A program made the position numbers and the translations under genes. DNA of 64,000 bases from Mytilus californianus (lineage: Eukaryota): NCBI RefSeq assembly GCF_021869535.1, contig NW_026262668.1, positions 55,366,001 through 55,430,000 on the forward strand. Direction: 5' to 3'. The notes beneath the pieces are model-generated. The model was given only the letters and a program-made list of their open reading frames with translations. It made no database searches and had not been told where the DNA came from. Below, piece by piece: positions 35,495-50,150 of the stretch; the stretch's first letter is position 1; every line of letters begins with the position of its first letter.

Positions 35495-38400
35495 ATCTTT
35501 TATCAATGAAGTTTCCTTTGGATCAAATTAAAACAGTTTTTCGTAAATAAAAAAAAAGTTCTCATGGTTGAGAAATTATTTTTCCTTACATGCAGACTCA
35601 CCAACTATTTTGATTATTTCCTGGAAAGTAGAAGGTATAATGTAACTTTTTGAGCTGCTAAGTTCAAATAAGCATAAAGTTTCATAAATATATCAAAATG
35701 CCATATCATATTAAATCATAGCATACCTCCTTATTTCAATAATAGCTATAAACCAACATATGTTCTGAAATAAACCAACATATTTACTAAAATAATGTTT
35801 CTGGTTTTGCCTATTCCAATCGACATCGCGGTAAATTTCTAACTTTGTTGATGTATTCATAATAGAAAATATCCTTTTGACAAATTTGCGACGATTTCTA
35901 TTTGCGTTATTATAATATAATTAAAATATCATTTTGAGATCGCCTCGTAATTTTAATTGTCTATTCAGAGTCCGACACTTATTGAAAATCTATAGTGTTA
36001 ATGATCAACTGTTCTAGATAAAACCGTTAACGATTATTACAACTTTAAGAATTACTGTTTTTATGGTTTTTGTCCTGGGATGTCACAATTTCTATATGTC
36101 AATGAATATTTTAACCTTGGGTGTGCATGATCAATGTAACAATAAACAATGTAAACTTATATTAATAGACTTCCGTCTTTGTTTAGTATCTTTCAATGTG
36201 CGATGATAGGGGACAAGCTTCCTCATGTAAATTATCTTATCCTCATATACTTGAAGTCTAATAAAACTAACCATAAATCTATTGATTCTTCACTGTATCT
36301 ATGTTTTCTGTAAATTTGACGAGTCATCATTGAAGTGGGGATCTCAAACGTTATAATTAATTTGACATTTTCAAAAGCTTATAATATTATTTAAGTTTGT
36401 GAATTTAAGAGAGAGGCGAAGATACCAAAGGGACATTTAAGTTTGTGAGTATTTATACTGTTGTATATCTTTTTAGAATGTACGGATTTTACATAAAAAA
36501 TATTGTTAAAAACTTTTTTCTATAATTCAAAAAACAGTACATTTCATTTTCGCATGCTTTTTACGCATAATAGAATATAGTAACATTTCCTCTTTACATA
36601 CCCATTTGAGTACATCTAACACTTACCTGATAGAAATATTTAAAATGCACAATATACTAACTTAAAATTCAGAAGACCATGACTAAAATCTAGGCTTGCA
36701 TTTATCAAATAAAATGTCCAATAAATTAAATCTTTAAAAAAAGTCTTGACTCATCAGATCGATACGAAGCACAAAAAACATAATAGGCAAAAGACACAAA
36801 GCACCGCTCGAAAAGTCCTCGAAGTAACTGAAAGCTTGTTTAAATCCAATAACAAGTAATAAATAAATCATGTATACATTGTTTAAATGTTTATTTGTTT
36901 CAATTTGGCATGTTTTTGAACTGAAATGTACTTGCAGTAGGGCATTGATACTGGTTCCAATACCATTATAAAAACAACATAACCATATAACACGGCTTAA
37001 GAAACTACAAAAAAAACCGGCTTTAATATCATTTAGCCTTTTGGAGAAAGAACATTAGTTTCAGTGCCATAGATGAAAGGGTTATTTCCAAAGAATTGGT
37101 TTCATACCTGGAACGCTTTCATAAAAATATTTCAAATCTGCTGAAATGTTCAGTATCACAGCTTAACATTTTTTATATCATTTTGAAGTATTTCTGGCAA
37201 AATTTTAATAGATTTATATTAATCTAAACAACTATATATTAAGGCGACAGTAGTTAACCGATGTTCAAATCTCGTAAATCGACAAATCAAGGGGAGCAAA
37301 TAGAAAATGGGTGAATCGTCTTAACTCCGAAAAGTCGCTGCTCCTTTTTCCTCATATGAATGCATCATCCGCCGTGCGAATAAAAATGTCACAATCAGGA
37401 ATAGGACACAATCGATAAAATTGCAAATCAGACGACTTTACTCAGTGGGAAATCTAGTGACAAAATATTACCTCTCCTGTAAACAATGAAAACTTGATCT
37501 TTTCATGTTTGTTCCGTTTTAGCAAGGACGCTATTAATTATAAATTAACTAGAAAACGCTCTGGTAAATAGTAACAATAAAAATGAATAGAAATGAAAAT
37601 AAAATTTCCATATAATGTTATCAATTCCCTCCTAAATGGTAAACGACGAGTACAGCAGTCTATCGGATCTTTGTGTAAAATTTGTTTAAGATGATTCAAT
37701 GCAAATTAATTCCTTGAGTACCAAGTTCAATTTATTAACCTACTGGCTGTATACCTCTCTGGAACATGCCAATTATCCGTTTATTTATACAGCTAGATCA
37801 GAGAAGTTCAGGGAAAAAATTTCAATGGAATCGATTGATATACAGCAAAGATAAGCACTTTTGAAATTAAGTTACTAAGCGAATTCAAACGGACCTTATC
37901 CCGATGTAAACATAGAAGTGAATAGATCGAGAAGACCGCAAATACATGCACATAAATTGAGATGACCTTTTCTTAAAATTGTATAAAACATTAGTAAAAT
38001 CTTTTAACGTATAACCTACTTTATGAAAATATTCATCGTTAATTTTTAAACCTGCACATACACGACTTTGAAATTGTCACATTCACGAAAAGACAATATT
38101 TTAATTTTGAAAGTTCACGTGACAAGAGCTCAAAAATTTAAGATGTGAAAAAATGTATATTTTGGGTAATTGTAACATGCTAAGGACTATGTGAAACACT
38201 CCGAAAATTGGTGACCTGACAGATCTTTTTATGTTCATGATTTTTCCATTGTTTTTACTGATGCAATCATAGGACGCTTAGCTATGGTAACGGCATGCAT
38301 GATGTTACAAATCTTTACTCTGATTAGACGAAATTGCGGAATTGAACAAAATCCAACAAAAAAAGATATATGCTACAATATAAAAATATTGGTGTTAAAC

Positions 38401-41400
38401 TTTACGGACTTAAAATCAAACTTAAAAATAAAATTATCCAGATAAATAAAATAAATTCAGGTAAAAAAGGTGTCATTATCACCACTGTCATTTTTTTTTT
38501 CATTTTGTAGGTTTACCCTTTAATACATGAGCAGGTAAATATCACTGACAGGTTCATTAGATCTATAATTGAAGCTAATGTTGGTCAATTGGGCTATTAA
38601 TAGCTCGAGTGCTGTAAATAAATCTTATCGACTTTGTGTACTTGCAACTGCAGTCTAAAACTTCCAGGGCGAAATAATAATCTCAAAGAGTACAAAATAT
38701 TATACTTGAAATAAAGAATGTCAAAATACATACATTGTATGTCGCAAATTTAATTACTTGTCAAAATCTGTTTTATATAGATCACCTCCCTTTGGCGTTC
38801 GTCCGTCATCGATATACACGCCGAAATAGGTTTTATCGCTGACTGTTTACACACATCATTATAACAGTGGTTGCAAAGCTACTTGTCAATTTCAACTTTA
38901 TTTTGAATTAGGATTACACAATCGCTATTATGTAGTAACCCCTTTTGTTGTTTACACAACATTGTCATTCATTTATGACAATGTCATTCGATGTGTTTGA
39001 GCATCACCGCTCTTCAACACTTTGTACAGTGGACCATTCATTGGATACCAATGACCGTTTGTCCCGCCTTCTTTGATTGATTGACAACCGTATTTTGAAC
39101 TTCATCTCGGGACAACTTAAAATGAAAATATTTTTAAAATAAGTTTATCAAATTGAAAATAATTTTCATTAGAAATAAACTACTTTTTCCATTCCATTTC
39201 AAAACAAGCAATGAATTTGTGAAGACATTTAGTCTAACATTTTGTTTTTTAAAAAATGCATCCCTTTTCGAAAAAAGGACATAAAAATAGGTGCATAAGA
39301 AAGAAAATTCCAGTAAAAGTACCGATGTTTCAAATACTAATCAACTGTGAAAGATATTAGGAGTCGTAAAATTTATGAGATCCATTGATTTCATTTAAAC
39401 ATCAAAACAGAGGAGTGATCAGGAGTTGTATGAATGTAAGATTACATTGTACTTGCTTGAAAATATTGTGTATAAACGGAAAGTTTTCTTTTGCATAAAC
39501 GTCAGTAAAAACGTGCCTCTCTTTGTCGATTGAAACTAATACATTTTCGCTACGTGCGTGAATATACATTTATAAAAGAGGCAATGCATTTCACACACTA
39601 GTCTTAAATGTCAATCTTTACTAAAAACTAACAATGTCTTTTATGAACAAAAATGTGATAGATAAAACAAATATTATTTTCGCCGGATATTCTTCGATGC
39701 AAAAAAATGCGGAAAATTTCTCCTGTATTTTTTTTAACTTGCAAGATAAATATCTAAAAGTTGCAAAATCCTACTGGAAAGTGATTATCAAACAGTCTTT
39801 ATCATTTTCTTAAATATTGTTTCCCAATCTAAATTATTATCTGTCGCTGATAAAGGCATATTTTGTTACAAAACTGCGAATTTTACATGTTTTTGTAAAA
39901 TTTTGCTTCGCTTACCAAATTTAATTGATTTGAATCCAAAAGACATTATACATTATAAACCTTCTTTTTCATGGTGAATTGGTAATAATTATGTACTTTT
40001 GAACTTATTCTTTGAATAAAGAAAGTCTGTGGTGTAATTTATAACGCACAGAAATATGTGACTCGCAGGTCAAACAGATGTTGGGATGTAGGAATTAAGT
40101 TTTTTTTCGCAAAAATTGTTTGATTTAAAAAAAATATTGGAAGAGAGAAATACATTAACATTAAATTGCAAGACATTTTTTTTACAATCCCTAGAGGGAA
40201 ATGTTTCGATTTCAAATAATTAGCTGCACATGGTATAAGAATTTTATGTAACTGTTTGCTGTATAAAGTTTAAAGCTTTTCAGAAAGCTTATGGAATTTT
40301 AATCAATCATTTTATGATTTGGTATAAGTACAATATAAACTAAGGAGAGGTGGTATGATTGCCAATGAGACAACTTCCCACCAGGGACCAAACGACGTAG
40401 ATGTTATAGCAACTATGTAGGTCATCGTACGGCCTTCACCAATAAGCAAAACCCATACCGCATAGCAAGCCATAAAAGGCCCAGACATAACAAAATGTAA
40501 AGCATTCCAAACGAGAAAACAAAAGCCTGAATGTATAAAACAACAAACGAATAACAAATATGATACACTGCAACGAACAACCACTAAATTACAATCTCCT
40601 GACTTGGGACAGGCACATGAATAATGAGGCGGGGCTAACATGTTAGCGGGCGCCCAAATGTAGAATGATGAGGTCACATGTTGAAGAAATTAGAATTAAC
40701 CTTTGAGAACAACAAAAAAACAGATAAAAGAAACAGTGCAAACCAAATATGAAATATTGACAATGACAAATATAACAAGGAAAGTTAACAATCAATCAAA
40801 ATTAGGATGAATATTTTCATTTGCCTATGCATGATAAAGAGGTGTATACCTTCATAGTGATGATATATTTCCAGTTCAGCATCTTAGTATCAAGTAGACT
40901 TTTGAAGATTCCGACTTTCCAAAACTAGTTTTTGTATGGTAAAACAATTTGCAATACAAATCAATTTTTTAAACAGAATAATTACATTAGCCAATTCTTT
41001 CATTTGTGTATTTTCTACATAAATTTATTATTGATATCACAAAAAAACATATATTGAAATTGCTCTTAAAGAAAATACAAAATCTAAAATTGTATTTCAA
41101 GTTATCCCCAATGCCTCCTGATCTCTGACCACCAAAAAAAAATTGTCTTTTATCAATAAAAGTTCTAAAACATCACTATTTGCTATGCACAATTCTGATT
41201 GCACAATTTTCTATTTTCTATTTTCGTAATAAAATTATTTTGATGTACACATGTATTTCACGGGCTTTAACAATTATCACTTTTTCAGTAAATATTTTAA
41301 GCTCCTTTTCTGTTCCAAATTACAGAGTATGCTTCCTCTATGTGCAATAATTTTGCTGACAATAGTTGTATGGCAAGCAACTGAACTGTAAATTACTGCA

Positions 41401-42886
41401 AGGTTGAATTATCGGAAAACAGCGAATTATGATTTTTCACAAAAGATGAAATTATTTTCACAACCACTGCCGAAATTACTCTTGCAAGTGTTGGACATGT
41501 CGATTCATAAACATTGACTCTTTTCCAACAGTAACTAACAGGTCAATCTCTCCAGTCCAGTGGTGGTTTGTGCAATAAAGGAAAAACAATATCTTCTTCA
41601 CCCTAAAAAAAATAATTTTAATTTCTCACAAAATGTATCATTAAAATCTCTAAAACAAAGAAAATTCTAAATAATGCGAAATGTTTTGAATATGGAACGG
41701 AACCAAATATTGTATCTATCAATTTGCATATTTTATTCAATTTGGTGGAGGTTTTCTGCACTCGGTAGATGGACATTTTATTGTCTATTTTATTTCGGTG
41801 CTGTTCCAAATCATTAAAATATGACGACCCCGGGATGAAAATTATCACCCAATAAAAGAACAGAACACTGCAAAGTATATGTTTTTTTACAATTAGTTTG
41901 CCACGTTTTTACGATACTTTTATTGATTCTAAATTTCTTGAAAAAGAATAATTATTTTCAGGGTGGGGGAAAGGGGGTTTGGGGTTGGGGTAGTGAAATT
42001 TGTTTTTATAAAACAATAAGTATACATAATTGAGTTTGAATCAAGTTGAAATGACAGCAATAATTCTACATAGATAATATTTTTATTCAAATGATACATA
42101 CCTCGAACCCTTAAATCGTCATTTTTCTGTAGACCCTACATTGCTTTAAGTCAGTGCGACTTTATCCGCCAACAACACATGTCCACAAACAAAACTTCGG
42201 GTACATGAGGAGACCTTCTTGCTTTAAGACGGTTCACATTTTCTTTATTATGAGCTAGAGCTAGTTTCGACCTTGACGTCTTATTTTTAAAAATACTTCA
42301 TTGATGATCTTATCACTACAACGTACTTGCAAAAACTTCGTTCCCGTGAAAATTAAGAGTTGTTTCAATTTCAAATTTCATCAAGATCTCTACTGTGGCT
42401 ATAAGCAAACTGTCTGTCGACAAGATAAGAGGTCAATGTATCCAAGTGAATTTATTCTAATGTACAATGGGTAAATGTCTGGTTAAAACTAATCTTATCT
42501 TTGATGTGTCGCATAAGCATCCCTATAAAGTAAGACAGTCCGTGCGTGACCCATGGCATAAAATATTATATGCATTTCATTGGCTATTTTCTATCAAAAT
42601 CCAGACCAGTTAGTAACCTATATCAATTTACGTATCTGAAGACGAATTTGTGTAAAATATTTTGTTTGATTTTAATTTCTGAAAATCTAAATAAACATAA
42701 CTCTAGAACAGATCTTTTTGGGACGTCGGGTTGTGCCTTTATTTTTGCGGGAATTCGGGATTTACACTTATTGGGACTCGGGAATCAATGATTAATTTTT
42801 CGGGATTCGGGAAAAAATGTTTTATTTTTCGGGGTTTCGGTATTCAGCTTTTATTTTTTTCAGAAAATTCGGGATGACACCCCTCC

Positions 42887-42890
<4 letters not shown>

Positions 42891-42941
<51 letters not shown>
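42891..42941. repeat. (CT)n microsatellite
   Basis: Pure dinucleotide run of about 25 units. Confidence 0.97.
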
Positions 42942-42943
<2 letters not shown>

Positions 42944-44067
42944 AGCAGGCAATATTGAGAAAAAAAGAAAAAAAATCATTCTGTATGAATATTTATATTT
43001 GTTAAATACTTGCAATTCTTCTGAAACCACAAAACCTGCAGATTTTTTGTATTTCTTTATGTGGAATGACTAAAAAAAGGGGGTGTACACGACTTTCCAA
43101 ACTTAATCTTCAACGTTACTCAACACTTTTAATACTGAAACAATTAGAGATATCAATATTTTTTTTCAAATATCGAATACTAGTTCCCAACTAAATGTCT
43201 AAATATATCCGTTTGGAATATGATCCCCCATATTGACAGCTATCATAGGACATCAGTTTAATATAGGCATGGCAATCCATTACATTTACATGATCCAATC
43301 AACTGTCCTTTATGATATAGATTGGCGTGCGATTGTAGTTGAAACAATGTAATTTATATAATGACATTGTATTAGTTTTGGGACACAGTTACATCAACAT
43401 CAAAAGGTAATGTACTTTATTATGGAAGCTGTGGATTACTGGTTCAAAATAAAATTGGTTTTGACAAGTTGCTTTGTAACCACTGTCATGATGTTGGGTG
43501 TAAGTTGTGTTTGACATATAGTAACTGTTATAATTGACATTTTTTCGTGTTTCTTAACTGTTTCAAGTGTGTTATGCATTACAGAGTGTAACTTATAATA
43601 TCTTTTTCTATCATAATCATGCTTTTAGAATTTTGTTTATCTGTGAGTATTTTATGTGTCTGTTAATTTGACTTATTCATAATGTACCTATTTAAAATTC
43701 TCCGCTGATCAATGAAGGAATTATTCAGAAACTAAGTTTCCAACTCCCTCAGTTAAAGTTAACCTGAGATGGACTTAACTATTCTTTTTATGTCTCTTTT
43801 GATCATATAGCTCCTCAAGTATCAAGTATGTATACATCATTGGCTTTCAAATTTTTGGGCTTGAGGGTTTCTGATGTAGGTTAACCCAGAAAAGTGCATC
43901 GGACGCACGAAATTTTACAAATTGTTATTTTCATTTACATTCATTTAATTTATTTGTTATCTTGTTCTTTGTTACATTATTGTCATTATAAATAAACTAA
44001 AGCACGTGATATATTCAAATATTTAATACACACTGATAGAATTGTACTACATTTATTTCATCTTTAA

Positions 44068-44130
44068 ACATCATATTTCATCCAAAGTCAAATCTTATGC
44101 TTTGAATATGACTTCTTCATTGTGTGATGT
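44068..44130 (-). promoter_or_regulatory. SECIS element of deiodinase copy 2
   Basis: ACATCA-caca-ATGA-AGAAGTCATATTC-AAA-GCATAAGATTTGACTTT-GGAT-gaaata-TGATGT; AATAAA at 44052-44057. Confidence 0.88.
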
Positions 44131-44526
44131 AATTCTTTAAAATAAAACGTACAAAAAGCCTAAAAATAAATATAAATAATTATTTGTTATAAAAATATGT
44201 TCATTAGAATATAACCATAAATTATGAATTAGATTCAATGTTTATTCGTATATGTTACCTCAAAAATTAACAATGATTCCTTCATTTACTTATATTCTGA
44301 TCGACATAGTTATGAACGATTTGATATTACTTACATATCAATAATGACAAAATCGTGGTAAAACACCAATCGCGTTAATATACAAAAAAGCTTGCAAAAA
44401 GCTGACATGTCGTTCACGAAATACCATACGGATCTATCAAATTACATTTAAGATCGACCTGTTCTTCAGAAGATATGATTAGGCTTATGCCGAAACTTAA
44501 AGCTCAAGACGTGTTTCGTTTATATT

Positions 44527-45267
44527 TTACATTGTTTTCTGATATACTTCTAGCCAACCCTTTACGTCTTGTGGACTATAACATTGTGGACCGAGTCCGT
44601 TTGCTAAGACTATCTTTCCGTTATGGATGATGTAATATCGTTCGGGAAACGCACCATATGCAAGACATGTTTTATCATCCATGGTATCTACCAGTATCGG
44701 ACAGTCAATACCTTCTTGTCTAAGAAGTTTAGCAGCTTCAATTCTTTCCTCTAATGATTTATGCTGTAACATATCTTCATATTTAGGACCACGGATATTC
44801 CATCCATCTAAAGGGTGTGCTTCTCTTACATAAATTAATACAAAGTCAGCAACAGAAGCAAACTCACGGATCATTTCCTTGAAACGTTCCAGGTCTGCCA
44901 TAAAAGGAGGTCAGGTGCAGCTTCCAAAATTAATAATTAGTGGGCGATGGGATTTTTCAAAGTCTAATAATTTACTAAATGATTTAGATTCTATATTATA
45001 TACTGTCGTGTTAACTGCTGATTTTCCAATTTCTGCTTCTTTATATATAATTTCCCATAAATGTTTCTGCAAAACTTGTTTCAAAGTTTTTATGTTGATG
45101 ATTGGATTTAATTCCGGTCCGTTAGTTTGTTTTGATTTCCACGCCATTCGTCGTTTCACAAGGATTCCAATGCCAGGCAGACTCCGAAGAGTCGTTACAA
45201 ATGTTATAAAAAAGACAGCCTTGAAACATTTGACAAGAACAGTCAGGTTATAAATATACCGAGACAT
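44527..45267 (-). CDS. DIO: Iodothyronine deiodinase-like selenoprotein, copy 2 (246 aa, Sec at TGA 44911-44913)
   Basis: Hydrophobic N-terminus; FGSCT-U-PPF, YVREAHPLDGW, VDTMDD, AYGAFPERYYII; single coding exon of 741 nt. An alternative in-frame ATG lies at 45300. Confidence 0.95.
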
Positions 45268-47518
45268 CATAGTTTGTTTTCTCAAAGAACTGTAATTCAT
45301 CAATGTATCTACAATTTAAATCAAAGACATCTTATAGCGGGAAATGGAAACTTCCAAGAAAAAAACATAATACGTTTCTACTTGAGCCCAATGGTTGCTT
45401 AAATTAATATAAACGGAGATATAAAAAATACTGATTAACACTAGGTTTGTTGTCATTTTCTTTTTTTTTAATTGTTTCACATTTTGTTATGTCGGGGCCT
45501 TTTATAGCTTCCTGTGTGATATGGGTTTTCCTCATTGTTGATGGCCATACAGTGACCTGTAGTTTTTACATCTTTGTCATTTGGACTCTGGTTGATAGTT
45601 GTCTAATTGACAATCATATCAAATCTCCTTATTGTATATTGCTCGGTTTAAAACAAAAGATATTCTAACTGCACTCTAAAATACAAGCACAACTTGGTTA
45701 ATATAGGAATGACACCTTTTCTGAAATAGGTAATGGACGTCTACAATAGTCACCAATTTTGTTCAGGAAAAAAATACCAGGGTAGATATTGTCTGTATTT
45801 TACCTCATATTTTAAGTTTAACAGTTTTAGTATATCAATTTTTAAGATATTTTAGAAACGTCTCTTAAAAGATATCGTAAAATATAGAATATCAAATATT
45901 AAGAGACACAAGATGTTAGACTATGGCTATTCTTTTGGTAACTCCCTATATGTATTGACACATTTTTTTTCGGTTGTTGGCGTTCTTGGCAAATGTTTCA
46001 TCCAAAAATGCACTTCAAACGCAGGAAATTCGGAATGTTATGTAAATGATATAGCTAGCAATTCATATTTCATTAGATATTGACAATCAATTTTTCAAAC
46101 TAGAAAACTTCTAGATTTTCATTCTAAAAGTGCTACTGGTTTATTAAATCAAATATAGGTTACATCAATTATTCATTGTTAATAGATATAAGAAGATGTG
46201 GTGTGAGTGCCAATGAGACAACTCTCCATCCAAGACACAATTTGTAAAAATAAACCATTATAGGTCAAAGTACGGTCTTCAACACGGAGCCTTGGCTCAC
46301 ACCGAACAGCAAGCTATAAAGGGCTCCAAAATGACTAGTGTAAAACCATTCAAACGGGAAAACCAACGGTCTAATCTATATAAAAAACGAGAAACGAGAA
46401 ACACTTATGAACCACATCAACAAACGACAACTACTGAACATCAGATTCCTGACTTAGGACAGGTGCATACAATTGCAGCGGGTTTAAACGTTTTAATAGG
46501 TACCAACCTTCACCCTTATCTGAAACAATAGTGTAACATCACAACATAGAAAGACACACTATAAAATATCAATTGAAATGGCTTAACTCAATCAAAAGAC
46601 ATAGTAACACAAGTGAACATACACTGAACGAATAAATTTGATCTATGATACAATGTAAATACAAAATCAATAAAATAAGGGGTGAATAAATAAAGGCAAC
46701 AGTAGTATACCGCTGTGAGATGTTAAACAATTTCAAAAAAACAACAACAACCTTGACCAAAAAGCCGCCAAATGCAATAATATACTCCGGTAAATGAAAA
46801 TAATTTTGTTGTAAGGTATACAGTTTAAATGGAGAACGGAAATATTTTTTACAAAATAAAATAATTTTGTTGTTCATAGTACGAAGAAGTGAAAAAATAT
46901 AGTCATACCAAACACTTATCAAAGCTGGTATATAGACGAGATATAACCCTGAATAAGTAAACATTAAATAACAAAAAAGCATTACAAATAGTATCAAATT
47001 AACAAGAAAGTATGATTTGAGAGTACTCGCAGTTACTGACAGCTAGTTAAAAGCCAAAATCAATTAATAATAAAAAATCATGCATCAGAGACTAAGTCTT
47101 TCTTTTTGTACCAATTAAATCGACCGAAATAATAGAAAAACGTACAAGAAAAAATAGCAGGTTCGATCCCTTTTCATATATAGGTAAAAATCAAAAGAAC
47201 TAACACGGTTATTATGTAAAAAAGTTATTACTTGGCAGTATATCACTTTATTAACAAAAATTAAACGGATAATAGGTTAGTTGTTTTATAATTTAAAAAA
47301 AGTTAGCATGTATTAGATACATCCATGAGAATGTTACCCGATTGGATTCATCTTATTTAAACCAAGATAGTATGACTATTGCAGAATGATATATTTCAAG
47401 AATTAAGGAGGAAAAGGGGGTCTTTCAGCAATTTGACCCTACGTATTGTAAAGCATGGTAAATCAGGATATCCAATTACATTTAAGGACATATTGGTGTA
47501 AATATAAAAACAACTTAC

Positions 47519-47600
47519 CACTACTTAATCGGCAATTTTCTGTCAAATCAACGTTTGTTTAATCAACAAACCGGTGAAAAGGTAGAACGTATATTAAGCA
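47519..47600 (-). promoter_or_regulatory. Putative non-coding first exon of deiodinase copy 2
   Basis: Homologous to 58001-58130 and ends at GTAGTG|GTAAGT. A conserved TTGTAG|ATACATTG acceptor lies at 45308, just before the CDS. The 5' boundary is approximate. Confidence 0.6.
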
Positions 47601-48216
47601 TTTTATTGTTGTTAAGTGACATATTTAGGACGGCTGAGATTAAACAATATGAAGTTTAATATCCAGGACAGAAAGTTGAATTCAAAAATCATATATAAAA
47701 ATAAGTAGCTGTGATACCATTGCCAATAAGACAACTATCCACTAGAGTTCAAATGACGTGGATATAAGCAATTCAAGGTCACCGTATGGCCTTCAACCAT
47801 GAGAAAAACTATACCGTATAATTAGCTATAAAAGTCCCCGACATGAAAAATGTGAAACAGTTCAAGCGAGAAACGGCCTAATTTATAACAATACAAAACA
47901 ATTTACTAAAAACAAATATGACCGACAATAACCAACAATAACCTCTGAATACTAGGCTCCTGACTTAAGACAGGCACATAGAGAATGCAGCGGGGTTAAA
48001 CATGTTTATGAGCACACAACACTTCGCTTACCAGGGACAGTGGGTGTAACATCACAATATAAAGACAAAGTATAAAGATATACTACATATTAAAGATTTT
48101 CAGGCCAGAGAGAACAAAAATGAAAATAGCACTTTATACTCTTTTTGCGTCCGATGTGTTTTTAAGAATATACCTTCATCAAGAACACTCAAAACCAAAT
48201 ATTGCAAGGATGTATA

Positions 48217-48657
48217 CAGCTACTTTTGCATAGGTACTATTTCTGTACTAAAAATCTGTAGTACTGGAAATTTACTTTTAATATTTAGTACTATTTCTTT
48301 ACTTTATTATCATTGTAATATTTAGGTACCTGTATTTTACAGTACTTGATTTGTACTAAAAAATTTGGTACAGAAATAATACTAACAGTGATCGCAATAT
48401 TTCATGTTTGAAAATCATAACTTTAAGAGATTTGAAATAGACAAACTTTCAAAATGCTGAAAATGTAACGGTGTAACCAAAAATCTGTAGTACTTAAATT
48501 TCAAGTACAAATCAAGTACTGTAAAATACAGGTACCTAAATATTACAATAATTTTAAAGTAACAAAATAGTACTGAATATTAAAAGTAGATTTCCAGTAC
48601 TACAGATTTTTGGTAAAAAAATAGTACCTATGCAAAAGGGTTGCGCAAAAGTAGCTG
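48217..48657. mobile_element. Tc1/mariner-type MITE with long internal inverted arms
   Basis: TA|CAGCTACTTTTGC ... GCAAAAGTAGCTG; inner arms of ~120 bp are AGTAC-rich. Confidence 0.7.
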
Positions 48658-49199
48658 TGTATAAGAACCGAAACAGGTGAAGAGCTATATGACCTAAAAC
48701 TAACAGCCAAATCCATCTACAGTCAACTTTGCCGGAGGGAGTTGGAACCATAGTTTCTTAATAATTTCTAAATTTGTAAAGGACAATTTAAGAAAAGTAT
48801 GTTATAAATCATGTCAGTACTGACCACTCAACTGATTATACTCTCTGGGACTAATAGTCCAAGAGCAGCGGTATCGACTCAGTGCTATAAAAAAAAATAA
48901 CAATCTATAAAGGAGTAAGTTCACGATGGTCAATATTGGCCCTATGATTCTGCGAAATTTAAATTCAGTAATAATAGTAAACATCTGATGACGCAATATG
49001 TAAAAAATATCTGACATATACAAAATCAACAAGTGTTAGACGCATTAGAACACTTATGATGTTATTATGACGTCATAATTGTGCATTCGTATGAAGAAAA
49101 TCATATTTTTATCACTACATTTTTTGCTAAATTTAATAGTTTTTGCTTAAGCGATGTTGGCCACATACAAGGACCACTATGATTTTTTTGTTAGGATGT

Positions 49200-49900
49200 A
49201 TATTTGATTCATATACATCTTTGTAAACTTGTCCCCTATACTCTTTGTCTTATACTTAGACGACCTAGAACACTTTTGTGGGGGAAAAGGCCTACGAAGG
49301 CTTCAAAGTATTTCTAAAAAAATTTACTTCAAGCTTCAAATTTATCTAAAACTGAATATAATCCTTTATGCAGACGACACATCCCTATTGGGAGAAAGTG
49401 TTGATGATTTACAGAAGCAGTTGGATTCTTTCAATGAAAACTGTTATGTTTTGAAGTTTTAAGTTAATGATATGAAAACTAAAGTCATGATTGTCTCTAG
49501 AGGCAGAATGTCGTCAAATTTACATTTTAATATAGATGACACTGATATTGGAAATGTAACAGAATTTAGCTATTTGCGCATATTCTTATCTAGAACTGGT
49601 AATCCTAAAATAGCACAGAAGCAACTCGCAGAAAAGGCTACACAAGCTATGTGTAATCTGTTGAAATCGGGCCGCATGCATAATCTTTCCATTTAGTGTA
49701 ATTTCGATCTTTTCGACTAAAAAAAGTTGTTAAACTCATACTACTGTATGAATGTGAAATAATGGGCATGGTAATGTTGATTTTGTAGAAAGAATCCATC
49801 TGTAATTTTGTATACTTCTTTTGCCTTGGAAACTGAAAAAAATCATATCTAGCTATATGAGATATGAGGAACTTAGTAGATATCCTTTTCACGGGACATT
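49200..49900 (+). mobile_element. Decayed LINE RT fragment (CR1/L2/RTE-like)
   Basis: SPILFVLYLDDL, ILYADDT, KTKVMIVSRG, EFSYL. Confidence 0.82.
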
Positions 49901-49943
49901 GACATTAAAATTAAATATAGCATCTTATTGGTGTATATTATAA

Positions 49944-50150
49944 TGGCACCTACCAGTATCGGAGTCAATATATTCTTGTCTAATGTAAAGAAGTTGCAAA
50001 TGTTCAAGATGATAGGAAAACACCAACTTGCCACAACATTATCAGTGATTCAGTGAACTTAATGTCAAAAAATCAACGTATGTTTAATCTGTATAAATAT
50101 AACCACTAACAGGTAACAAGGTGGGATGTCTCAAAAGTACTTAAATGGCG
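49944..50150 (-). pseudogene. Deleted relic of a fourth deiodinase copy
   Basis: 49944-49983 aligns to the copy-2 CDS (CTACCAGTATCGGA..GTCAATA..TTCTTGTCTAA). 50025-50150 aligns to the exon-1 block, with the donor changed to GCAAGT. Confidence 0.6.

Noticed and set aside
41325-41600. Signal-peptide-like MLPLCAIILLTIVVWQATEL after an AG
   Set aside because: Stops after 20 codons, and the other frames are also closed; cannot be supported.
43230-43545. GIY-YIG-like relic (ACDCS*NNVIYIMT)
   Set aside because: Too degraded to call without a profile search.
44879-45253. Similar antisense ORFs over all three deiodinases (also 35013-35237 and 54386-54589)
   Set aside because: A by-product of sense-strand codon conservation; lengths are inconsistent and there is no independent signal.
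47155-47175. GGTTCGATCCC B-box suggesting a tRNA
   Set aside because: No A-box or cloverleaf; at most a SINE remnant.
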